Positions 43,030-52,837 of a stretch of DNA of 64,000 nucleotides are shown here, piece by piece. The notes beneath the pieces are model-generated. The model was not told the origin of the DNA, did no database searches, and saw only the letters and a program-made list of their open reading frames with translations. The DNA is taken from the NCBI GenBank assembly GCA_965117045.1, contig OZ220749.1, forward strand, positions 1,288,143 through 1,352,142, written 5' to 3'. A program made the translations under genes and the position numbers. Source of the DNA: a bacterium. GTDB taxonomy: Bacteria; JAAXHH01. Position 1 is the stretch's first letter. Every line of letters begins with the position of its first letter.

Positions 43030-43668
43030 TCAGGGCGAGAGCCGTTCGATCACCCAATCCCCGTCTGCGCCGCGCCGGTAGCGAATACGGTCGTGCAGGC
43101 GGAGTTCCCGTCCCTGCCAGAATTCGAACGCATCGGGCGAAACGCGGAACCCGCCCCAGTCTTCGGGACAGGGTACGTCCCCTGAGGGGTGCTCCGTCTT
43201 CAGGGCCTCGAAGCGTTCTTCCAGCACCTTCCGATCGGAAATGACCTCGCTCTGGCTCGAGGCCAGGGCCGCCAGGCGGCTTTCCAGGGGTCTTGACCGA
43301 AAATAACGGGCGGATTCTTCTTCGGATACCCGGTGAACCGCGCCCGTAATACGGACCTGGCGTCCGAGTTCGCGCCAGTAGAACACCAGCGCGGCCCTGG
43401 GATTCTCGTCCAGGTCCCGGCTCTTCGCACTTCGGTAGTCCGTGTAGAATACGAATCCCCGCTCGTCGACGCCCCGCAGCACGACGATCCTTGCCGACGG
43501 CACGCCGGCCCGCGAAGCCGTGGCGACTGTCATCACGTCCGCCAGCTCGATCCCCGCGTCGACCGCGTTCCCGAACCAGGTGTCGAACTGCTTGAAGGGA
43601 TCCTTGTTCAGATCCTGTTCATCCAGACTGCCGAATACGTATTCCCTGCGGAGTGCATCCAGATCCAT
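43030..43668 (-). CDS. pdxH: Pyridoxamine 5'-phosphate oxidase
   Basis: PSARIVVL, FYTDYRSAK, YFRSRP, FEFWQGRELRLHDR, RLSP C-terminus. Confidence 0.96.
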   Translation of the reverse strand: MDLDALRREYVFGSLDEQDLNKDPFKQFDTWFGNAVDAGIELADVMTVATASRAGVPSARIVVLRGVDERGFVFYTDYRSAKSRDLDENPRAALVFYWRELGRQVRITGAVHRVSEEESARYFRSRPLESRLAALASSQSEVISDRKVLEERFEALKTEHPSGDVPCPEDWGGFRVSPDAFEFWQGRELRLHDRIRYRRGADGDWVIERLSP

Positions 43669-43719
43669 GAAGGTGCTTTCCGTGGTGACCGTGCTGGCCG
43701 TGCTGACCGTGCTGGCCGC

Positions 43720-44124
43720 CTAGCGCCACACTGCCAGAATCGCGCCCATCACCACGCTGTAGAGTACGCGGTATCCGGACTGGATCAACCAAAGCTTCAG
43801 CCCCGTGTCGCCGAAGGCACTGTCCGAAGCCATCGCCGTGGCGATGAAACCGATGCCCACGAGGAGCCCGATCGTTATACCCCCTCCCAGCGTCGATATG
43901 TTCAAGGCGCTGATGAACATCGCGAGTACGACCGCCGTAATGAGGGCGGTGAAGAAACTGATGATGAACGGGGTGGCGGACGGCTGAATCTGGTCCGCCG
44001 TCTTGCCCAGTGCGGCCAACCATGCGTCGCCGAAAAGCGGGCCGTACCAGATACCGCCCAGAGCGAATCCAACCAACGTTGCCACGAGAATGGCCAGCCA
44101 GTTCAGTCCGGTTAACTCGAGCAT
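43720..44124 (-). CDS. DUF1761-like membrane protein
   Basis: NWLAILVA..GGIWYGPLFGDAW; four TMs. Confidence 0.82.
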   Translation of the reverse strand: MLELTGLNWLAILVATLVGFALGGIWYGPLFGDAWLAALGKTADQIQPSATPFIISFFTALITAVVLAMFISALNISTLGGGITIGLLVGIGFIATAMASDSAFGDTGLKLWLIQSGYRVLYSVVMGAILAVWR

Positions 44125-44149
44125 GACGACTCCTTGGTTCAGCAGGGGT

Positions 44150-44842
44150 TTATTGTGGTTCGACAGTCTCTTCCAATGGCGCGCTTTCGGTCTCGCCCGT
44201 GGATTCCGTGGTGGTTCCGCCTTCCTGAGATTCCATCACCGGACGGATCACGTACCGCAGGATGGTGACGTATTCCTCGGGGTTTCCCCTGAAGATCATG
44301 CCGGGGCCCTTCAGGTATTCTTCCTCGTGGGGACCGGCGAACGCGTATCCTCTTTCTGCCGCGAAGCTCCTGAGTCTTTCAATGGAGGGGGTTTCGTCTT
44401 CGTAGGGACCGATGTAGAGCAGTTCCACGACTTCTCCGTAATCCCAGGTCGTAAGAGAAACCGTTATGCCGGGTATGTGGACGTACTCCGGCAGTTCCGT
44501 CACCGTATCGGGAACGGGTATGCCATAGATACCGACCCACTCTTCCCTGGGGAGATCGGGAGAAATCGGCCAACGGGCCCTCGGTGCCGGTAGCGGCCAG
44601 TAATCCACCCCATCGACGCTGTAATACAGATCGTACAGCATTTCGTACGCTTCGGAGGCCACGTGATCCGGGTCGCCCCTGACCTCGACCACGATCATCC
44701 GCTGGGGCGCCATGGTTGAAATCGCGGGTTCGACGAGATGGCCATATGAGGAGAGGTCGGGGCCTTTCCACAGGTAATAGCTCATCACGGACACGCCGGC
44801 CACGACCGCGACGACAAAGACCAGCAACGTTTTTTTTATCAT
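44150..44842 (-). CDS. Membrane-anchored GyrI-like small-molecule-binding protein
   Basis: MIKKTLL after GGAGG, N-terminal TM, YIGPYEDE..HEEEYL; the track ORF 44150..45898 is over-extended. Confidence 0.8.
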   Translation of the reverse strand: MIKKTLLVFVVAVVAGVSVMSYYLWKGPDLSSYGHLVEPAISTMAPQRMIVVEVRGDPDHVASEAYEMLYDLYYSVDGVDYWPLPAPRARWPISPDLPREEWVGIYGIPVPDTVTELPEYVHIPGITVSLTTWDYGEVVELLYIGPYEDETPSIERLRSFAAERGYAFAGPHEEEYLKGPGMIFRGNPEEYVTILRYVIRPVMESQEGGTTTESTGETESAPLEETVEPQ

Positions 44843-44887
44843 AATCCTCCCATCCCTGTCATTTGCAGGACCGAACGCGGGTCCGAA

Positions 44888-44947
44888 GCCGATCGGGCAT
44901 TCTACGCCGATCAGGCATTCATCGCCAATCAGGCATTCATCGCCGAT
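44888..44947. repeat. 18-nt tandem repeat spanning the dinB stop codon
   Basis: gccgatcgggcattctac / gccgatcaggcattcatc / gccaatcaggcattcatc / gccgat. Confidence 0.85.
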
Positions 44948-46098
44948 GCGCCGTGCCGTATGGCGCGGCGGCCGTAGCGGTCCCGGATGGTGTCGAGCGC
45001 GCGCACGAGGCGATCCGACTGCCCGTCGCCTTCCCTGAAAAGATCGGTTTGTATGGGCTCCTCCGGCCTTACCAGGTTGCCGACGGCCACACCAAGCAGC
45101 CGAATGCCCGTCTTGCCGTCCCATACGCCGTCGAACAGTTCGACGGCCGCCCTGCCGATTTCGAAATCGTTGTCTGTCGGCGCCACGGCGGCCTGCCGGG
45201 TAAGGGTCCTGAAATCCCCAAACCGGACTTTGATCCGGATCGTCCTGCCCAGTCGCCCCGCTTTCCGCAGCCGGCGTCCTACCTTGTCGCTCTGGTCCAC
45301 CAGCACGCCGTGGCATTCCTCCCGGTCGGTCAAGTCCGTGCCGAACGTGTTTTCGTGGCCGACCGACTTCGCCGGATGCCCGGTCACCACGGGCCGGTCG
45401 TCCTGTCCCTTTGATATCCTTGCGAAATGGGTGCCGGCGGCATTGCCGAGCAACCGTTGCAACTCCTCCATTGATCGCCGCTGCACATCCCCGATCGTCC
45501 GGAGTCCGTGACGGACCATGCGTTCCTGCATGTCCCGGCCCGCGCCCCAGAGGCAGGAAACGGGCAGCGGTGCCAGGAAATCCGGTACGCGGTCCAGAGG
45601 GACGATTACCAGTCCATCGGGCTTGTCCAGGTCGGAGGCCACCTTGGCCACGAATTTGCACGGCGACACGCCGACGGATATGGTGAGGCGCGTTTCCTTC
45701 AGCACGTCCGCCTTGATCGACCGGGCGATTGTTTCGCCGTCGCCGAACAACTGCGACGAACCGGTGACGTCCAGGAACGCCTCGTCGAGCGACAAGGGCT
45801 CTACGAGGGGCGTATACCGGTGGAATATATCCTGTACCTGCCGTGAAACCGCTCCGTAGGCCTCCGATCTGACGGGCAGGAAGATCCCCTGGGGACACAG
45901 CTTCCTGGCCGTCGTGCCCGGCATGGCGGAATGGACGCCGTATTTGCGCGCCTCGTAGGAACAGGTCGACACGACGGACCGCGGGCCATCGCCGCCGACG
46001 ATGACCGGTTTGCCGCGCAACTCGGGACGGTCCCGCTGCTCGACGGCCGCGAAGAAGGCATCCATATCCGCGTGAAGGATGGTGCGTGGGCGATTCAC
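44929..46098 (-). CDS. dinB: DNA polymerase IV (Y family)
   Basis: HADMDAFFAAVE, SYEARKYGV, SLDEAFLD, KVASDLDKPDG. Confidence 0.96.
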   Translation of the reverse strand: MNRPRTILHADMDAFFAAVEQRDRPELRGKPVIVGGDGPRSVVSTCSYEARKYGVHSAMPGTTARKLCPQGIFLPVRSEAYGAVSRQVQDIFHRYTPLVEPLSLDEAFLDVTGSSQLFGDGETIARSIKADVLKETRLTISVGVSPCKFVAKVASDLDKPDGLVIVPLDRVPDFLAPLPVSCLWGAGRDMQERMVRHGLRTIGDVQRRSMEELQRLLGNAAGTHFARISKGQDDRPVVTGHPAKSVGHENTFGTDLTDREECHGVLVDQSDKVGRRLRKAGRLGRTIRIKVRFGDFRTLTRQAAVAPTDNDFEIGRAAVELFDGVWDGKTGIRLLGVAVGNLVRPEEPIQTDLFREGDGQSDRLVRALDTIRDRYGRRAIRHGASAMNA

Positions 46099-46246
46099 GG
46101 TAGGAAAAATAGTCGTGCGAGTGAATGCGTTGACCGGTTTATATACACCCTATTAAACTATACGTACGGGTGGCGTACAAGGGCTTTGTTGACCTGCGGC
46201 TTCCGGGCGCTTGTCCCCGAGGGCCGCCGACGGGAGGAAGACTACC

Positions 46247-46858
46247 ATGTCCGGCAAGGCAGACCTGAACAAGACGTTGATCGGTACCGTGGAGGACGGC
46301 GACCTGGCAGGTGTGTACAGGGCGGTCGAGCTGGGCGCCGATCCGGCCTGCATTACGCCCGCTCACATTCCGCCACAACAGGAAACCGATGCGCATTTCG
46401 AGATCATGCGGTACCTGTTCTCCACCGGCACCGATGTGAATTTCGCCGGGTTCGACGAGGGCATCCTCATGACTTTTTCCGCTTACCGTGGCCAACTGCG
46501 GTACCTGCGCCTCTACCTGGAAGCGGGCGCCGACATCAATCTCTCCCAGCCCATGAACGGCGTCACGGGACTGCACGTGGCGGTCCAGCACAACCTCCCG
46601 GACGTCGTGCGTTTTTTCCTCGAGCACGGCGCCAACGTCGATCAGGCCTGTCACGATGACGCGCCGACGACCGACCCCGGACACGTATACGGTGAAACTG
46701 CCCTGCATTTCGCCGCTGCGGGAGCCGACCGGGAAATCATCGAAATGCTCCTGGCCCATGGCGCGGACCGGTCAATGTGTTCTTCCCGGGGAGAAACGCC
46801 GCTGGACTACGCGGTCCGTAACCAACGGACACCGGACGTGCTTCAGTTGCTCAGGTAA
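46247..46858 (+). CDS. Ankyrin-repeat protein
   Basis: TGLHVAV, ETALHFAA, ETPLDYA; GGAGG SD before MSGKAD. Confidence 0.9.
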   Translation: MSGKADLNKTLIGTVEDGDLAGVYRAVELGADPACITPAHIPPQQETDAHFEIMRYLFSTGTDVNFAGFDEGILMTFSAYRGQLRYLRLYLEAGADINLSQPMNGVTGLHVAVQHNLPDVVRFFLEHGANVDQACHDDAPTTDPGHVYGETALHFAAAGADREIIEMLLAHGADRSMCSSRGETPLDYAVRNQRTPDVLQLLR

Positions 46859-46900
46859 GCTGCAGCTTCGATGAAAGGCGCTACTTTGATGAAAGTCGCT

Positions 46901-48019
46901 TCAGTGCGAACCCGACCGCAGCCTGCGCGGCATGCGGAAATCCAGGAGCGCCTCCTGAAACCCGGGCGTCGGTACCGGGTCGCCCGCGCACCTGAACGTC
47001 CAGCCCTCGGCGCCTTCTGACGCGTTTCCATAGAGTCCTGACAGTACGCCCGCCATACCTTCCGAATCGTCGAAGGAGGACCGGATGGGGAATACTGCGC
47101 CCGCGCGGCCCGTGCGGCCCGCACTTGTCCCCGCTTTCCGCGACAGTTCGCCCGAATAGCGCGTCAGCGAAACCCAGTATCCCGTTCCGGCACTGTATCC
47201 CGTTCCGTCGCTGTATCCCGTTCCGTCGCTGTATTCCGTCCCGTCGCGCTCTACGCGGACCAGGTGGCCTCGGTCCGCGCACTCTTTGCGTATGGTGTCC
47301 CACGGGATGATTACCTGCGGATTCGAGACACGGTAGCGCAGGTCCGGCGTCCATTCCAGCGCGACCGCAAGGACCGGCAGCCGGTCCTCCACTTCGCGGA
47401 ACGCCCGGGCGAATGCGAAATCCGTATGATAATCAGGCAGAAAAGCCCTGACATCACCGTGGTGAATCAGGAACAGCAGGGCGCCCCGCTTACCCTCCGC
47501 GTGCATCCGTGCCAGCGCCAGCAGATGCCTGCGCCCCCGTTCCGTGACCGCGTCGGGAAACATGGCGATTTCGTTGGCAGACAGGGTACAGGATTTCACT
47601 TCCAGGTACAGGTCACCCGCGTCGTCCCGCAGAAGGAGGTCGAACCGATGGACGCCAACGGCAACTTCCGTTCCCGCGACCGCGAAGTTCCCCAATCCAG
47701 GGATCGCCTTGTCTTCGACCAGGTTGCGCGCTACGAGGTTATTCAGATGGGTGTGGAGGAACACGATGCGCTCCCGGTAGCGCACGGCCATCACCGTATA
47801 CCGCGTCCTGCGGTCTGCCGGCCGGCCGTGATCGGCCAGGACCAGCTTCACCCCCGGGATGAGCAGTTCTCTCATTCTGCCGGGGTTCGGCATGAAGACA
47901 TACTGCTCCATGCCATCGACCAGGCACATTACGCTGAACCGGTTGGGTCGGGACAGATACGTCCCCTCGACGAGGGAGAGGGAAGTAACCGGCGGATAGA
48001 AGGAAGGTTCAGACGACAT
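46901..48019 (-). CDS. sfsA: SfsA DNA/RNA nuclease-family protein with a C-terminal extension
   Basis: RPNRF, PNPGRMREL, RFDLLL, LEVKSCTL, FPDAVTERGRRHL. Confidence 0.92.
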   Translation of the reverse strand: MSSEPSFYPPVTSLSLVEGTYLSRPNRFSVMCLVDGMEQYVFMPNPGRMRELLIPGVKLVLADHGRPADRRTRYTVMAVRYRERIVFLHTHLNNLVARNLVEDKAIPGLGNFAVAGTEVAVGVHRFDLLLRDDAGDLYLEVKSCTLSANEIAMFPDAVTERGRRHLLALARMHAEGKRGALLFLIHHGDVRAFLPDYHTDFAFARAFREVEDRLPVLAVALEWTPDLRYRVSNPQVIIPWDTIRKECADRGHLVRVERDGTEYSDGTGYSDGTGYSAGTGYWVSLTRYSGELSRKAGTSAGRTGRAGAVFPIRSSFDDSEGMAGVLSGLYGNASEGAEGWTFRCAGDPVPTPGFQEALLDFRMPRRLRSGSH

Positions 48020-48054
48020 GCCGACCCTTCTCGCTCAGTCGCATAAAAGTTCCC

Positions 48055-49137
48055 TCATTCGCATAGCAGTTCCCGTAGCCGCCCGATCACCCGGTCCACT
48101 TCGCCCGGCTGCAACGTACCCAGTTTCACCCGAAAGCTGCCCTCTCTGCACCAGGTCACGATCGAAGGCTCACCGTCGAGTAACAGCTTTTCGAACGCCT
48201 GGTCCGACCAGCCTCGCCGCGCGAGGTCGACTTCAATCGAGACCACGTCGCCGCTGCGCTTGACCGACTTCACAAGGGGTGACGGGGACAACCCCTTGCG
48301 GATATCCAGCCCCATCCTGTTGACTTCCCTGCGGACCGCGTCCTCGTCCCTTTCCATGATGTATTTTACCGCCGCGTAGATGCCGGCCAGTTCTTCCTTG
48401 CCGACCTTCATGGTACGGCCGATGGCCCGGTTTGGATTGCCGTGGGCGGCGCACGCTTCCACGATGGACTTCTTCCCGATGACGAGTCCTGTGGTCTGGG
48501 GACCTCGGATCGCCTTGCCGCCGCTGGCGATGATGGCATCGACACCCAACTCGCGGGTGAAGTACCGGAAATTGGCCTTGGGCGGGATACTGAACGCCGC
48601 GTCCACGAGCACCGGTACGCCGTGGCCGTGGGCGATGTCGACGATCCGGTCGATGGGCAGCATGCGGCCCCAGGGCGAAAGCGTCAGCACGGCGGCCGTG
48701 CGTTCGTTGATGCAGGCGGCGAGTTGCGCTTCCGTGGCGCCGCGCTCGTCGCCCATTTCCACGATCTTCGCGCCCGGAGCCTGGATGGAGATATCCTCGT
48801 AGAACCGCGCGCACCGGTGCACGATGACCTCGTTCTTCATGCCCGTCGTATCGGGCAGTTGCTCGATTTTGTCCGGATCCGTGCCGGCCATGCAGGCGGC
48901 CACCGCCAGCGCGATCCCGCCCGCGGCGCCGCAGCTGACATAGGCGGCCTCGTTCCCCGTCATTTCGGCGATGGCCTCGCCGACCCGGGTCTGCATCTCG
49001 TACAGGTTGACGTACCGGCGGGACGCTTGGACCATGGCTTCCACCGCGCAGGGCCACATGATCGACCCGCCGAAGCGCGTGTAGTTGTCCGCGGCGTTGA
49101 TGAACGGACGGACGCCCAGTTCCTCGTAAACACCCAT
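48055..49137 (-). CDS. SelA-like/DgaE-family PLP-dependent enzyme (not canonical SelA)
   Basis: MGVYEELGVRPFINA..TRFGGS, VDAA, SGGKAIRGPQ, GRTMKVGKEE. Confidence 0.85.
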   Translation of the reverse strand: MGVYEELGVRPFINAADNYTRFGGSIMWPCAVEAMVQASRRYVNLYEMQTRVGEAIAEMTGNEAAYVSCGAAGGIALAVAACMAGTDPDKIEQLPDTTGMKNEVIVHRCARFYEDISIQAPGAKIVEMGDERGATEAQLAACINERTAAVLTLSPWGRMLPIDRIVDIAHGHGVPVLVDAAFSIPPKANFRYFTRELGVDAIIASGGKAIRGPQTTGLVIGKKSIVEACAAHGNPNRAIGRTMKVGKEELAGIYAAVKYIMERDEDAVRREVNRMGLDIRKGLSPSPLVKSVKRSGDVVSIEVDLARRGWSDQAFEKLLLDGEPSIVTWCREGSFRVKLGTLQPGEVDRVIGRLRELLCE

Positions 49138-49468
49138 GTCTGCTCTCCTGAAAGCTTCATCTGTCTTAAGTTGACGACACGCTGCGGTCCGACTGGATTC
49201 GGACGACGAAGACCAACGTACTTCCGACACATATACCGGACAAGTTCAATATCCGGCGTTGATTTGCTTTGCCAGCGGACCATGTCGGGGCTAAGTTCTG
49301 CAGGCACCGGATATTGTGAAGCGGGTATGGTTCCTGCCAGGTTCCGGCGAGGTTTCGACCGCGTTCCGGTGGGACTCCGTCGGGCCGCAAACCGCGGAAA
49401 AACCAAGCGATTTCTAGTACGGATGTATATACGGATACATCCTCCCCACCAGACTACGAGGGCACACC

Positions 49469-49879
49469 ATGGCTAAAACGATCAGAATCGTCCTGGCGGT
49501 GGTTCTGGGCATGGCGGCCGGCAGCGCCGTGAACATGGGCCTGGTCCTGCTGGGTCCCATGGTCATTCCGCCGCCGCCCGGCGTCGACGTGACGGATATG
49601 GAATCCCTGGCGTCGTCCATGCACCTGTTCGAGTTCAGGCATTTCGTCTTTCCCTTTCTCGCCCACGCGGCCGGCACCCTGGCAGCTGCGTTCCTGGCCG
49701 TGAAGATTGCGTCGGGGCACAGGTTGAAGTTATCAATGCTTATCGGATCACTTTTCCTGCTCGGTGGGATCGCGAATGCCATGATGCTGCCCGCGCCGGG
49801 CTGGTTCATCACGGTGGACCTGATCATTGCGTATCTGCCCATGGCATGGATGGGCGGGCGACTGGCGGCCAGGGATTGA
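49469..49879 (+). CDS. Hypothetical membrane protein
   Basis: 136 aa with ~4 TMs and SD. Confidence 0.78.
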   Translation: MAKTIRIVLAVVLGMAAGSAVNMGLVLLGPMVIPPPPGVDVTDMESLASSMHLFEFRHFVFPFLAHAAGTLAAAFLAVKIASGHRLKLSMLIGSLFLLGGIANAMMLPAPGWFITVDLIIAYLPMAWMGGRLAARD

Positions 49880-49909
49880 GGCAAGTCGTACCCTGAGGGC
49901 CCAACCGGT

Positions 49910-50791
49910 ATGGAATCCGGATCTGACGAAGCCTTCCTGTCGACGTTTGCACGCGGGGATCTGGAAGCCGCGTGCGCCTTTATCGAGAGGCGGCCCCGGC
50001 TCGCCGGCTACGACGGGATCGCGGCCCACCCTCTCCTACGGGAATGCGTCCGCCGGAACTGCGGCCACTGCTATAAATCGACCCATCGGGCGATCGCGGA
50101 CCTGCTGATTCCCGGCCGTGTGCGCGCCTTCAGGGATGCCGTGATGGCGGATCGGATCGAAGCGGTCCGGTCCAGGCTGACGGACGATCCCGATCTCGTA
50201 CATGCCGAATTCACCGGAGGCCGGGGGATCGCCCGTGCGGTACATCACTGGCGGTCCGTCCCCGTCGGTAGACTGCTGCTGGACAACGGGGCCGACGTGA
50301 ACGCCCTGACTACCGTGGGGTGCGCCGGGGATACCCCGCTTATGATGCAACTGCGATTCGGCACCCTGGAAGGCGCGCGATTCCTGCTGGAAAGCGGCGC
50401 GGAACCGAATCGGGGCGGGCTCAAGCATACGCCGAGCGCAACGATGGCGGAGGGACTCAAGCTGCTGGTCGGCCATGGATGGGACATCAACGAGCAGGTG
50501 GGTGGTCGCACCCTCCTGCACCATGACGCCAATCACGGCCACGGCAAGCGGGTCCGTCTGCTCCTGGATCTCGGGGCCGATCCCAACCTCCAGGACGGCG
50601 AAGGCCGTACCGCGCTGCACCTCGTCTGCGCGAGAGGGACGGGATCTGAGACGATCCGCGCTCTGATCGAAGCCGGCGCCGACCCGGACGCGCAGGACCA
50701 CGGGGGCAGCACGCCCATGGACTGTGCCGCTTCCGCGAAGGGCCGGACGGCGTTCCACGCGCTCGTTGAACTCGGCGCCCACACCGGTTGA
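49910..50791 (+). CDS. Ankyrin-repeat protein
   Basis: GADVNA..DTPL, RTLLHH, RTALHL, GADPD. Confidence 0.9.
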   Translation: MESGSDEAFLSTFARGDLEAACAFIERRPRLAGYDGIAAHPLLRECVRRNCGHCYKSTHRAIADLLIPGRVRAFRDAVMADRIEAVRSRLTDDPDLVHAEFTGGRGIARAVHHWRSVPVGRLLLDNGADVNALTTVGCAGDTPLMMQLRFGTLEGARFLLESGAEPNRGGLKHTPSATMAEGLKLLVGHGWDINEQVGGRTLLHHDANHGHGKRVRLLLDLGADPNLQDGEGRTALHLVCARGTGSETIRALIEAGADPDAQDHGGSTPMDCAASAKGRTAFHALVELGAHTG

Positions 50792-50843
50792 AAACGAGGA
50801 TCGGCCAGCTGGCGGCGATCGGGCTACGGATCGGAGCATCGCT

Positions 50844-52532
50844 GTGGAAATTAAAGGAAAGTACCCCGACCGCGCCGCGCGCATGGCGTTTCCCGGGAAG
50901 TTCCGGGGACCCGTGCACGTGGACGCCTGCCGGACCGGGTTCATGATCTGTCCGGGCCTAGGGCCCGAATACGGCCGGCCGTACTACGACGACCGCTGGG
51001 GCGACGAGACCGACTGGATCGACGGCGAAGCCGCCTGGTCCCTTTTCAAAGCCGGCGCTGCCGGTGATCTGCCAGCCATTTCGGCGTTACTCGACGAAGA
51101 TCCGCGCCTGGTGAACGCCCTGCACTGGTACGCCCAACCGATACACATGGCCGCGCGCCACGGCCACGCCGATGCCGTGCAACTGCTGCTCGACCAGGGT
51201 GCCGATCCCGGACTCAACATATTCAATTCGACCTGGGCGAGCCTCCTCGAAGGCGCCCGGGAACGCGGTTTCGACGATGTGGCGGAAGTCCTCGAGCACG
51301 CGATGAACGCCCGGTTCGGCTACGATCCCGCGTTCGGAGAGATCGCCGATCTCATAAAGACAGGCGGCTCCGATCGCGTTGCATTCGAACGCGTTGCATC
51401 GGTGTTGCGCGACCGGCCCGAATTAGCTGTCCGAGCGGACGAAGACGGCAACAACGGGCTTCACCTGGGCGTACTGAACGGCCGGATAGACCTGATCGAG
51501 CTGTTTCTGGATCGCGGCCTGCCCGTCGATGCCCGGCGGGCGGACGGCAAGACCCCGCTGACCCTTTCCTTCGATGTCGGTTTCGGACTCGAACCGCCCG
51601 ATCCGAAACTCGGCCTCACGGAGTTCCTGTTAAAGAACGGGGCCCATTACGCCATCACCGCGGCCTGCCACCTGGGCGACTTCGACCGGGTCAAGTCGAT
51701 CCTCGAGGCGCATCCCGCCGAAAGGCATCGCGATACCGCCCTGAGGTCTCCCCTTTCCTATGCGGTGCGCGCAGGACACGAAGGCATCGTGCGCCTGCTG
51801 CTCGAAGCAGGCACCGACGGACACGCGGTAGACGAAGCGCTCTTCGTGGCCGTGTGGCACAAGCACGAGCACCTGGTTCGCCTCTTGCTCGAATGCGGCG
51901 CCAATCCCAACGTGGAACTGGATTCCTGCGGTTGCGCCGCGGGCACGGACGATCAGGAAATCCGAAACCTGCTCGTACGTCACGGAGCGGTGTACCCTCC
52001 GTCCTGGAGCCTGGACCACGAAGCGCTTCGGAACCTGGTGGACGACAAGTCGAAGCGGGTCCGGGATCCTTACGTGGCCGCCGAAGTGATCAGTTCGGAA
52101 GACGACCAGTTGATCGATGGCCTGCTGGACGACGATCCCGATGCACCCGGACGCCTGGAAGACCTTCAATACCTGCCGGGCTGGGGCGACAACGCCGCGA
52201 TTACCCGCAAGCTCGTCGCGGCGGGCCTGGATCCGAACCGCCGCACCTTCGAGGGCCAAACCTACCTTCACGTCTGTGCTCGGCACGGCTGGGCATCCAC
52301 CGCCCGATCCCTGATCGAGCAGGGCGCGTCGGTAAACGTGCTGGATGAAAAGGAAGGCCGCACACCCCTGGCCGTAGCGGTCGAGCACGGTCAGACGGGC
52401 ATGGTCCGCCTGCTAATGGAACATGGCGCCGACACCGGCCTGGCCGACTGGCCCTGGACCCGCCCGCTGGCGATTGCCTCGGAGAATGAAGAAGATGGAA
52501 TTTCTGAATTGATTCGGGAGTGGGAGAAATGA
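50844..52532 (+). CDS. Ankyrin-repeat protein; start uncertain (50844 GTG or 50943 ATG)
   Basis: QPIHMAARHGH, KTPL, SPLSYAV, TYLH, RTPLAVAV. Confidence 0.9.
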   Translation: MEIKGKYPDRAARMAFPGKFRGPVHVDACRTGFMICPGLGPEYGRPYYDDRWGDETDWIDGEAAWSLFKAGAAGDLPAISALLDEDPRLVNALHWYAQPIHMAARHGHADAVQLLLDQGADPGLNIFNSTWASLLEGARERGFDDVAEVLEHAMNARFGYDPAFGEIADLIKTGGSDRVAFERVASVLRDRPELAVRADEDGNNGLHLGVLNGRIDLIELFLDRGLPVDARRADGKTPLTLSFDVGFGLEPPDPKLGLTEFLLKNGAHYAITAACHLGDFDRVKSILEAHPAERHRDTALRSPLSYAVRAGHEGIVRLLLEAGTDGHAVDEALFVAVWHKHEHLVRLLLECGANPNVELDSCGCAAGTDDQEIRNLLVRHGAVYPPSWSLDHEALRNLVDDKSKRVRDPYVAAEVISSEDDQLIDGLLDDDPDAPGRLEDLQYLPGWGDNAAITRKLVAAGLDPNRRTFEGQTYLHVCARHGWASTARSLIEQGASVNVLDEKEGRTPLAVAVEHGQTGMVRLLMEHGADTGLADWPWTRPLAIASENEEDGISELIREWEK

Positions 52533-52556
52533 AGATGAGGATGCAACGCGACCGGG

Positions 52557-52790
52557 TCATCTATCCGTGGAAAGAAACGCGTTCCAGTCGGCCCGGACTG
52601 TCTCTTCCGCGACGTCGGGATAGCAGAAGTCATAACGCTCCGCCAGCGCACGCCCAACGCAGGCGACCTCATCCCGATACCGTTCGATCAGCGCCTTCAG
52701 TTCGCCGCGGGTTCGCACTGGTGCTCCGAGCACTTCCAACGCGTTTCTTCCGGTTTCGTCGATCGACCGAATCTGGGGCGTCAGCGTATG
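52557..52790 (-). pseudogene. Possible C-terminal remnant of a nucleotidyltransferase-like gene
   Basis: ELKALIERYRDEVACVGRALAERYDFCYPDVAEETV resembles aminoglycoside/lincosamide adenylyltransferase C-termini (from memory); no plausible start. Confidence 0.4.
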
Positions 52791-52837
52791 AATAGGAAGC
52801 CGGAATGAAAGCACGATCGTGTGGATGGTGAGAAAAC

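Noticed and set aside
44150-45898. 582-aa ORF overlapping dinB
   Set aside because: The upstream two-thirds is an off-frame shadow of dinB; the real gene starts at 44842 behind GGAGG.
48040-48060. Possible Sec read-through at LLCE-TGA
   Set aside because: The protein is complete at that point, I see no suitable hairpin, and the next gene starts 36 nt later.
48055-49137. Calling this gene selA to explain the Sec codons
   Set aside because: Length (~360 aa) and motifs (SGGKAIRGPQ, GRTMKVGKEE) fit the SelA-like/DgaE family rather than canonical SelA, and no selB or selC is adjacent.
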